DNA of 64,000 nucleotides, taken from positions 8,589,057 to 8,653,056 of the forward strand of contig NC_068991.1 of NCBI RefSeq assembly GCF_001194135.2, written 5' to 3'. The notes beneath the pieces were generated by a model. It made no database searches. It saw only the letters and a list, made by a program, of their open reading frames with translations, and was not told where the DNA came from. Below are positions 51,966-63,000 of this stretch, one piece after another (the first letter of the stretch is position 1; each line of letters begins with the position of its first letter). The translations under genes were made by a program, and so were the position numbers. This stretch comes from Octopus bimaculoides (taxonomy: Eukaryota).

Positions 51966-54900
51966 AAGTGGTTGGTGCTCAGAAGGGCATCCAGCTATAA
52001 AAACTTTGCCAAAACTGACCTCCCCAGTGCTTGTGCCATGAAAAAAGCACCAAGTCCACTCTGCTGAGTGGTTGGTGTTAGGAAGGGCATCCAGCTGTAA
52101 AAATCCTGCCAAAACAGTCACAGAAGCCTGGTGCAGGCGTCGGCCTGGCCGGCTCTTGTGAAACCGTCCCACCCATGCAAGCATGGAAGGCGGACGTTAA
52201 AGAAGCACACCTTGGCCCTTANNNNNNNNNNNNNNNNNNNNNNNNNNNNNNNNNNNNNNNNNNNNNNNNNNNNNNNNNNNNNNNNNNNNNNNNNNNNNNN
52301 NNNNNNNNNNNNNNNNNNNNNNNNNNNNNNNNNNNNNNNNNNNNNNNNNNNNNNNNNNACTTTTATCAGTTTCTGAATATTATTTTCATAAAAGATATGC
52401 ATAAATAATGAATGAGTGGAAATTGAACCGGTGAGTGTGTTAGATAATAAGGCATTAACTCTTTTGATACCAACCCAGCTGAAACAGCCTCTGGCTCAGT
52501 AGTACAAATGTCTTTTTTTCAAAAGTTCTGAATTAAAATTTTCCACCAAACCTTAGTCACAATTTGAGTTCTTAACACTAGCTGAATGATAAGTTATTTT
52601 ACTAAATACTAAATTTTACTGATAAGTTATTTTACTAAATTCTTTGTTATATTTAAAATTAATTGAAAGAGACACAGAGCATCTCAGCAAAAATATGGTA
52701 ACAAAGGGGTTAAGACAATAGGATTCTCCCCAGACAACAAAATATCTTTTACTTGTTTTAGCCATTGGACTGTGGCCATGCTGGGGCACAACCTTGAAGG
52801 GTTTTGTCTCTTTTGCCAAACTGCTAAAATAACTGGCACTCTGTCGGTTACAACAACATGGGTTCCAGCTGGTTCGATCAACAGGGCAGACTGCTCATGA
52901 AATTAATGTTCAAGTGACTGAGTACTCCATAGACACGTGTATCCTTAACATAGTTCTCAGGGAGATTCAGCATGGCACAGAATGTGACAAGGTTGGCCCT
53001 TGAAGTACAGGTAGACTTTATTTTTGCCAGCTGAGTGGACTGGAGCAACATGAAATGAAGTGTCTTGCTCGAGGACACAGCATGCTGCCAGGAATTGAAC
53101 TTATGACCTTATAACTGTGAGTCAAATATCCTAACCACTTAGCCATAGGCCTTCGCTGCTGAACTGCTTAGTTATAAGCAAATAAACAAACCAACATGGT
53201 TGTCAAGTGGTGGGTAGTGGGGGGACAATCTTGTAGATTTGGCTGTATTTATCATTTCTCTTTTTTCCCAGCGAGTGATGCAGCGAGAGAAAGTTCGTGT
53301 GAAGCAACTAGAACAGCGTAACCTCCAGCAGCAGAAAATCTTGAAAAGGAAAAATGAGGAAATTGCTCAAGCTCAGCGTAAACTACGTGGTGCTTCCTTG
53401 CCTCGAATTAACAGGTAAAACTTCTGTTTCCTTCTGGAAGAGATACCTTTGTATGTGCATGTGTGTGTGTGCGTGTGTTTATATATATATATATTGGTTA
53501 GTAGAAAACCATGCCAAATCAGACTGGTGTCTGGTGTAGCCCCTCACCTTGCCAGGCCTGGTCAAGCCACCCAACCCATGCCAGCATGGACAATGGACGT
53601 TAAATGATGATGATGAGTGAGTGTGCATGTATTACAATGAGAACAAGTGTCTGTTTAAGTCATTATGGTGCTAGACCAAAAGGTCAAAAGGTCACTGGTT
53701 CATAGTTTGTCATTGATGCATATGTGAAACTGTTATTCCAAACATCTTTTTCTCTCCCTCCATTTTTTTTTATCTCTCTCCATTGTTTCCCATCCTCATT
53801 CCTTTCTGTAGAAGAGCATAGGTTTGAAACATCAAAGACTTCTTCCATTTTCCCTGAGCGTCAAACTAATACATCTTATTTGTTGTTTTTTTGCCTGTCT
53901 GTCTTCTGTCTTTTTTTTTTGGTGGGTGGGGGGTGTACAATTTTAAACTCTATTATTACAATGCATCCATATATGTATTGGTATTTTAATAAATTTTTGT
54001 TGATATTCTTTTTTTTTTTTTAATTCTAATCATGATTATCTCATTTGTAATATTGTGCAAACTTGGAGCCCAGCAGAAAGTCACAAATTTAAAGAGTTTT
54101 GGTACCTAAAATGAAGTAGTTTTGAAGGGCAATATCAGTTTGCCTTATTTTCGGCTTCATATGACTTCACCTTCATGTGAATCAGAAAGGAAACTTCCAT
54201 CAAAGATTCCTTGCTGATTACTGTTATTCTTGATGTTGATGGTTATGGTGGGAATGATGATGTTGATGGTGATGGTAGTGGTAAGGGAAAATTATTCCAA
54301 ACTGACTTCTGTTTTCTGGCAGTGGTAACCATGACTCAATGGAGGAGAAGAAACGACAACTGGACCTTGAAGTTGAGAAAATACTTGACCAGCGCCAACA
54401 GCTTGAAGAACTTCAGAAGGTTTGCTGTTTATGTCTTTTTTTTTTTTACTAAAAAATTTGAAGGGTGTTAAACTTGTGTTTTGTTAGCTGAACAGTAAAA
54501 CATCTCATAACCTACTGGTTTGTTGGGACATCATTAAAAGATTCCCCTTCAGTAGTTTCCTGTTGCTTTTACAACACACTTGGTATGAATTAAGATCAGT
54601 ATTGTAAGCTAATAAAACCCTTGGTAGTAATAATGTATCTACTGCCTACGCCAATGAACTTTAATTCCCTGTGGCACCTATATACGGCTAAGTTGACTGA
54701 GTTACTCAAAATAGTGTTTTCCAGGGACAAAATGCAGTGAATTTCTTATATTACCATATTTGATGGCAATATAAGACACACTTTTCCCCAACAAAAAAAT
54801 GTCTCAAAATATCACTTTGTGCCCTATATGCAAAATTGGCCCTACATAATGTGCTTTTGGATTGGATTGGATTGCCTCAGCATGTTCTCTCCATCAACTA

Positions 54901-57900
54901 TAGTCTGGTGTGGAGGCCATGAATTTAAGCTTGAGATCATCCTAGTTTGATGAGCCCCCCGGCTAGGCAGTCTGCACCAGACTTCTGTGTCAGTTTTGGC
55001 ATGGTTTTTACAGCTGAATGCCTTTCCTAATACTAACCATTCCGCAGTGTGGACTGAGTGCTTTTTAGTTGGCATGGCACAGGTGAGGTCAGTTTTGGCA
55101 TGGTTTTTAGGGCTGGATACCCTTCCAAATGCAAACCACTTTGCAGAAAATACTTGTTACATATACAAATAATTATTGGTCAGTGTAATTTGCATAATTA
55201 AACAATATATAAATAAGGGAAATAACTCAAATGGGCCAATACTATGAATTTTGAATAAATATATATGTTAAGTGGTGATATACTTAATGTTTCATGCAAA
55301 AAGAAAGGAGAAAAATATTTTCCTCTTAGTTGCACAAATTTAACAAACACCTAGCAGAAATTATTGGCAACTTATAAAGAAAAGGGGAGGTAATTTTAAT
55401 ATTTAAATGCTTGTGCTCTTCGATTTCAGGAACTGCAAAGAAAAGAAGACATAATCAGCAACAAAGAAGCCATGTTGGCTGAGAAAAGTGAATTAGAAAT
55501 CAAGAAATTGCGGTCAAGTCAGATTTTGAATAAGGTTGTTCTTTTCTTTAAAGTCTAGTTTTATTCTCTAATGGTTCTCTTATGGTCATTATTGAAATGC
55601 CATGGTCAAGTAGATGAGCTGATGTCATACACAAACTGGCTGAATCAAAAGCATTATGAAATAGACAAATTGATTGAATAGACAAGGCAGGTGGTCAATC
55701 AAACTGGCTTTAATAAAACCAGTCAGACAGGATTGGTCAGCTGGATGAATTGGTTGGTCAGATAAGTTGAAAACAATGTTAATGTGATTGACCTGGTCTT
55801 ATAGTCCCTTGATGATGTATTTCAAAGGCCGTGACTTTCATTACCTGATCTAACCACTATATACCTCTGTAATTATTTGTATCTAAAGCGTCACCTTTAC
55901 CTTTGTAGCAGTTGACAATGGTGCTGCTACACCAGTCATTGGGTATGACTCCTTCGTGTATCACCTGGTTAACAATATGGGTGACTAGGCTATAGCCAAC
56001 ACTGCCAGATATTTTGAGCATCTCTGCACTGATTCCTGATGGGCCGGGGGCCTTTCCTGTCTCCATACTCTTAATTGCTTTATCTACCATGGTACTGTCA
56101 ACTTGGATAGCTGGTCCCTCTGTTGGGTCAACTCTCTTTCTCCCATTCATTCTCTTTACTGAGCAATCTTTCGTAGTGGCGTCTCCAAACCTCTTTCTTT
56201 GCAGCCTCAAGTCCAGGTATCAATACATTAAGGCTGTTTTGAGAAGCTCCATTTAATTGATCAATGAAAACATTACATCAATTTGAAACCGCTTTCCTAC
56301 ACCTCAATTTAAGTACCTAATTCAACTGAATCTTAATTATATATATATATATATATATATAATTCAACTGAATCTTTATTATATATATGATTGTTCTGGG
56401 ACTCCAGACGTGTTATAAAACATTGTTTGGCATGTTCTCAGCACATGAAACTAATAGTAGCACATAAAAACATATATTGAGTTTATTAAATAATATTTAT
56501 CTTTCACCAGATGGAGTAATCTTTTTGTTGATCTTACCATCACGGAACAGTACAATATGTGTGTGTGTGTGTGTGGTATAGTATTTATGTCCCAAGTAGG
56601 GGAAAAAAAGGAAAGCAGAGAAAGAGAGATGGATTTAAATTGATCATAAATGCACTAAAGCCAGGTTTACAACCAACTCTTTGTGTGTGTTGAAGTTTGT
56701 CCTGGTTAGTTTTGTCAAGAATCACAAGAAATCTGTACAGCACCTACAACACTATTTAGTGCTAAGCTTACCATGGCTTCAGGTCAATCACCTTGAATCG
56801 TGGATGCCCTAAACTGTCCCTATCTTCTAATCAAATGAAAACTCTTTCTAAACTTGCTACAGCTTGATCCTGTAAGAGAAACTTTTAAGTCAGGATATAT
56901 AAGAAATGAATATATTCATTTAACCACTTGACATTCTTAGGATTACAGCTGTTTCACAGCTTTCTCCATGCAGTAATAATTTTGGTGTGGAATAAAACCA
57001 TATTTACATGTTTGCATTAATATGCATGTTGTGCATTATACAATGCAATTGTATATTCACAACTCATTGCAAATAAAGAAAGCTTGCTCTTCAGACAAAG
57101 GTTGAGAGGTTTTTACATCTAGCCCTTCTACCTGCAACTTGCACACAATCCCAGGGTGCATTTAGGATACTTTTCCAAACGTCCACTGACATTGATGAGA
57201 TAATAAAGGCAAAAATTCTTTCTGAAGATTTTCCAGGTGTTTTTCTTTGCCTTTCATTATGTTTCGGTTTTTAAAATATTTTCTGACACAATATTTCTAG
57301 GATTTAATGGGTTTGTCTGCAAAACTGGTGTCGGTTGAAAAGACAATAGAGACCAAAAAGCTGGAGATGATCAGAGCATCTCAAGACCAGGAAGAGACTG
57401 TACAGAAAGAAATCGATAAATTAAAGCAGGTTCGTACCAATCTTAAGGAGCAACTGGCAACCCTTGATGAAAAACTGACTGATGGATGTTTGCTTAGTAA
57501 TCAAGAGGAGAGACGGTAAGGCTGCTTTCTTCCATTTCCACTCTTCATGGCATTTTTGCACTGCTTCTTCTCTTCTTCACTGCACCGTAGATCCAGAGCT
57601 GATTACTGCACATGCTTTTGATCAAGTTAATACAGTGAAAATACTAATAAAAATACACGCTGTGAAAATACTAATAAAAATAAATACAAGCTTTCATATT
57701 TCTGGATAACAGTCTTATTTTGTTTATTTCGTCTGTTTGTAACAAATTTATAGCTTTTTTTCATAAGATGATTCGTGGTTAGCGGTCACCTTAACTAAAA
57801 TGAAATCTTTTGCATGAAGTTATATACTTTCTTGTTACTCTTATTTCTTTATTTCCCACAAGGGGCTAAACATAGAGGGGACAAACAAGTACCGGCAAAG

Positions 57901-59983
57901 GGATTAAGTCGATTACATTGACCCCAGTGCGTAACTGGTACTTAATTTATCGACCCCAAAAGGATGAAAGGCAAAGTCGACCTCAGCGGAATTTGAACTC
58001 AGAACATAAAGGCAGACGAAATACCGCTAAGCATTTTGCCTCACGTTCTAATGTTTCTGCCAGCTCACCGCCTTTCTTGTCACTCTTGCCATTAGAAACG
58101 GTCTGAACTAATGATTGCTCTCTCTAAGATCTGGAGTTATTGATGGTATTTGAGAAAGGTTCTTCCTGTCCTTCCATCATACTTTTACCGCCTTCATGTT
58201 AGCACGCACTGGACAGTTTAACTGGAACCAGCAGACTGCACCAAGCCCCGAAGTCTGCTTTGGTTATGGTTTCTATGGCTGGATGTTCCTCCTAATACAA
58301 TCACTTTACAAAGTGTATTGAATGCTTTTTATGTGATGCTGGTATTAGTGAGGTCACCGAATAAATAGCTCACAACACAAAGACACCCCCCCCCCCACAA
58401 CTGAGGAGTTGTAGTATTGAGGAGGGATGTGGCTTGAAGCCAGGTGATGGGAGATTAAAGTATAATGGAGGGACAGAAACAGGTGTCTTATGTTTGGAAA
58501 TTATAAATAGTATGTTTAATAAACATATACTTGGTCTTAGTGTAGCAATGTAACTTGTGGATAAACCATAGGGGCTTCAGTAGTTAAAAGTAAGGGTCAC
58601 ATGACTAGCCTTAAGAAAGATGGCTCTAGTTGGATGACACTCACTTTTAATTGCCAAAACTCCTGTTCTTTATCCATGGCTTATATATTATCACAGTGAG
58701 ACCAAATATATGTTTATTAACTATTTTTTTTTTTTAGCTTCAGCAGTTGAAAGGTGAGGTTAGCAATCCCTGTGAGCTTTAAGAAAGCCAAGACCAAATA
58801 AATAATTCTCACTTGTATCTGCTGAAGACCCTGTTGTTTATCTATGGGTTATATAGCCTCACAGCAAGACTGGCACTCCATTGGTTATGACAACAGGGGT
58901 TCCAGTCAATACGACCAATGAAACAGCCTGTTTGTGAAAATAATGTGTAAGGGGTTGAGCACTTCCTGTTTTGAGATATAATTGTGTGTGTGTGTCTATA
59001 TANNNNNNNNNNNNNNNNNNNNNNNNNNNNNNNNNNNNNNNNNNNNNNNNNNNNNNNNNNNNNNNNNNNNNNNNNNNNNNNNNNNNNNNNNNNNNNNNNN
59101 NNNNNNNNNNNNNNNNNNNNNNNNNNNNNNNNNNNNNNNNNNNNNNNNNNNNNNNNNNNNNNNNNNNNNNNNNNNNNNNNNNNNNNNNNNNNNNNNNNNN
59201 NNNNNNNNNNNNNNNNNNNNNNNNNNNNNNNNNNNNNNNNNNNNNNNNNNNNNNNNNNNNNNNNNNNNNNNNNNNNNNNNNNNNNNNNNNNNNNNNNNNN
59301 NNNNNNNNNNNNNNNNNNNNNNNNNNNNNNNNNNNNNNNNNNNNNNNNNNNNNNNNNNNNNNNNNNNNNNNNNNNNNNNNNNNNNNNNNNNNNNNNNNNN
59401 NNNNNNNNNNNNNNNNNNNNNNNNNNNNNNNNNNNNNNNNNNNNNNNNNNNNNNNNNNNNNNNNNNNNNNNNNNNNNNNNNNNNNNNNNNNNNNNNNNNN
59501 NNNNNNNNNNNNNNNNNNNNNNNNNNNNNNNNNNNNNNNNNNNNNNNNNNNNNNNNNNNNNNNNNNNNNNNNNNNNNNNNNNNNNNNNNNNNNNNNNNNN
59601 NNNNNNNNNNNNNNNNNNNNNNNNNNNNNNNNNNNNNNNNNNNNNNNNNNNNNNNNNNNNNNNNNNNNNNNNNNNNNNNNNNNNNNNNNNNNNNNNNNNN
59701 NNNNNNNNNNNNNNNNNNNNNNNNNNNNNNNNNNNNNNNNNNNNNNNNNNNNNNNNNNNNNNNNNNNNNNNNNNNNNNNNNNNNNNNNNNNNNNNNNNNN
59801 NNNNNNNNNNNNNNNNNNNNNNNNNNNNNNNNNNNNNNNNNNNNNNNNNNNNNNNNNNNNNNNNNNNNNNNNNNNNNNNNNNNNNNNNNNNNNNNNNNNN
59901 NNNNNNNNNNNNNNNNNNNNNNNACTCAGAACATAGCGATGGGTGAAATACTGTTAAGCATTTCGTCCAGCATGCTAACGACC

Positions 59984-60015
<32 letters not shown>

Positions 60016-63000
60016 TAATAATAATAATGATAATAATAATAATGAGGCTGTGTGGTAAGTAACTTGCTTACCAACCACATGGTTCCGGGTTCATTCCCAC
60101 TGCGTGGCACCTTGGGCAAGTGTCTTCTACTATAGCCTCGGGCCGACCAAAGCCTTGTGAGTGGATTTGGCAGATGGAAACTCAAAGAAGCCTGTCGTAT
60201 ATATGTATGTATATATGTATGTGTGTATATATGTCTGTGTTTGTCCCCCCCAACATCGCTTGACAATCGATGCTGGTGTGTTCACGTCCCCATAAATTAG
60301 CGGTTTATCAAAACAGACTGACAAAATAAGTACTAGGCTTACAAAGAATAAGTCCTGGGGTCGATTTGCTCGACTAAAGGTGGTGCTCCAGTATGGCCAC
60401 AGTAAAATGACTGAAACAAGGATTATTTTAAAACATTGAAAGGCAAGGAGGGTCCACCTGAGTAAAATAGAAATCAAAGGGGTGTACAGGATAAAAAAAA
60501 ATGGTTGAGAATCACTGATATAGAGTGACATGTACTCTATTGTCATAGAGTGAAAGAGGGAATGTGAGAGAGAGAGATAGGCTGACACTCTGATAGTCAA
60601 TCAGAAAAGGACACAGACAGGCAGACAGATTGACTCGTTCTATTAGTGTTTTACATGAGGCCTTAGAATTCTAAAGCTCCTCACCTTTGTGTGTCTGGCA
60701 TGAGCTGGGATGCTGCTCTGCTGTGTGATGCTGAACCCTTCCCTATCACTTGTAGGTTAATAGAGCTAGAGGAGGCTGTCGAAGAACTTGATGCTGCCAT
60801 TGAGTATAAGAACAAGACCATTGAAAGCAGACAGATGGAACTTCGACAATCTTGGTTCTCTGTGCAGGTAAGCTTACATTATGTTTCTTTTTTTTTTTTT
60901 TAATATTGTTTTAATGTTTTGATCAATTGATCTTCAACCCCAAGTTCTAATCAATCAATGTAGCCCTTAATCAAATCCCTTTTGGTACCTGTTTTAATGC
61001 TCCTTTTTTTATATATATTTTTTATCGTTCAACTCTATGTTAACCCTATTCTATCAAGCCCTAATCAAGTCCCTTTTTTGAGTGTATGTTTAGATTGATT
61101 GTTGAACCTCAGTTGATCAGATTCCTAATTAGATCCCTTTATTTTTTCAATGTTTTGTTTTAGTGTTGTTCAGCCATGTGTTTTCCCTAATCAGTTAAAG
61201 CCTGAATAAAGTCAGTACCAATTGATCAAAGACGTTCTAACTGTGACCATCCTATCTTTTTTTTTTCTTAAATCATACATATCCTTTACTTGTTTCAGTC
61301 ATTGGACTGTGACCATGCCAGGACACTGGCATAAAGGGTTTTATGCAGTCAAATAAATCAACCCCAGTATTCATTTTTTAAAGTCTGGTACTTCTATCAG
61401 TCATCTTTGCCAAACCACTAAGTTACAGAGATGTAAACAAACCAACACCAGTTGTCAAGCAGTGGCAAAGAACAAACATAAACATGCATATATACACATG
61501 TATCTAAGCCTTGTGAGTGGATTTGATAGACAGGGCAGAGAGTAACTCAAAGAAGCCCATCACACACCTTGATATTGTGTGGACTGAGATCCCCATTGAC
61601 AGGTCCCTGATATTTAAAAACCAAAGTGTTAACACATCTGTTTCACATCTGTTTTCCTCATTGGCATGGGTTGGATGGTTTGACAGGAGCTGACAAGCTG
61701 GAAAGCTAAGCCAGGCTCCATTCTGATTTGACATGGTTTCTATGGCTGGATGCCCTTCCTAATGCCAACCATTTTACAGAGTGTGCTGGGTGCTTTTACG
61801 TGGCACCACATGGGGTATGAATTTTTATGGTCAGCTTGTCTTCTATTTCTCAGTGTAATCTGTTTTTGTTCTTCTTTTTCATTACTTGACCAGCGTGAGG
61901 GTGGGATCTTGAGTTTATTCAACACCCTCAATCCGCAAGAAATGATGTTGCTCCTGATGAAATATTTTGAGAAAGTCATCAACTTCCGTGACAACGAGCG
62001 CAAGTTGAGTCACAAAATGAATGAGTTTCAGGTAAGCTCGGTTTTATTATGTTATCGTTGTCTGTCTTTTGGTGGTGGTGGTGGTGGTGGTGGTGGCAGT
62101 AGTGAGATGGAGGGAGAGGATTTTTATTGTTTAAACCAATGTTTATCAGCAGACCATTGTTAGACAGTAATCAAGAGAAGCTGTGGTCTTCTTGTCATTA
62201 ATGTCTAACATAGGCACTACTCTCAGATTTTGAAGGAAGGGACTGTTTATTTTATCAACACTGGAACAATGACTGTGAAGTGGACCTTAGCAGGACCTGA
62301 ACCCAAGACAGAACTTGTTGTAACTAGAAGCTGCAAGGCATTTAATCTGAAACTCTGCATTTTCTGCCATCTGTTTCTCTCGCCATTACTGCTGCTGTCT
62401 TTAGTTATGTTTGTTAATTCAAAAGAATATGACTTTATGCTTTATTAACTATTCTTAACTATTTTTTTTTTTTAATTCCAGAGCAGAATCGAAGAACAAG
62501 ACAAGTTACTCCATGAAGCTGAAACCCATCACCAGAGAGCCAGTTTTGACATTGACCGCAGACTCACTCAGCAACAGCAACGGTATGAACAGAAAATTGG
62601 TGTACTAATGCACCAGTTGGCACAGTTTACAGAAAACAATGAAGATGCTAATAAAGAAGAACCACATGTCAAGTAAGAAATACCTGATGGAGACAACTGT
62701 CTTCTGTCCTTTGTCTGCTGTACACCTTTCTCTGACATCATTCATACTAACCTCCTTTTTCGTCTACATTGGTCATTCTGATCACCATGTTGTCGCTATA
62801 AGTCATGTTAGTCACTTTGTTATCTACTGACTAGGTATACTGACTTATTGGCTGCATCAATCATTGAGGCTTATTTTGTTGTCTTCATCAGTCACAGTCA
62901 CTACCTTATTCTCTACATTAGTCATACAAACTACTCTATTAATTACATCAGTCATACAGACTTCCTTGTCTACGTCACTTACACCTGCCTTCTTGTTGTC

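Larger units (their letters stand above)
16420..59923. other. Assembly gaps (N): 16420-16519, 17453-17986, 19405-19582, 23041-23163, 35853-35944, 50192-50537, 52222-52358, 59003-59923
   Basis: N-runs seen directly. Confidence 0.98.

Noticed and set aside
58842-60266. 474-aa and other long ORFs spanning X-runs (also 17285-18067 and 50058-50737)
   Set aside because: Open only because N-gaps contain no stop codons.
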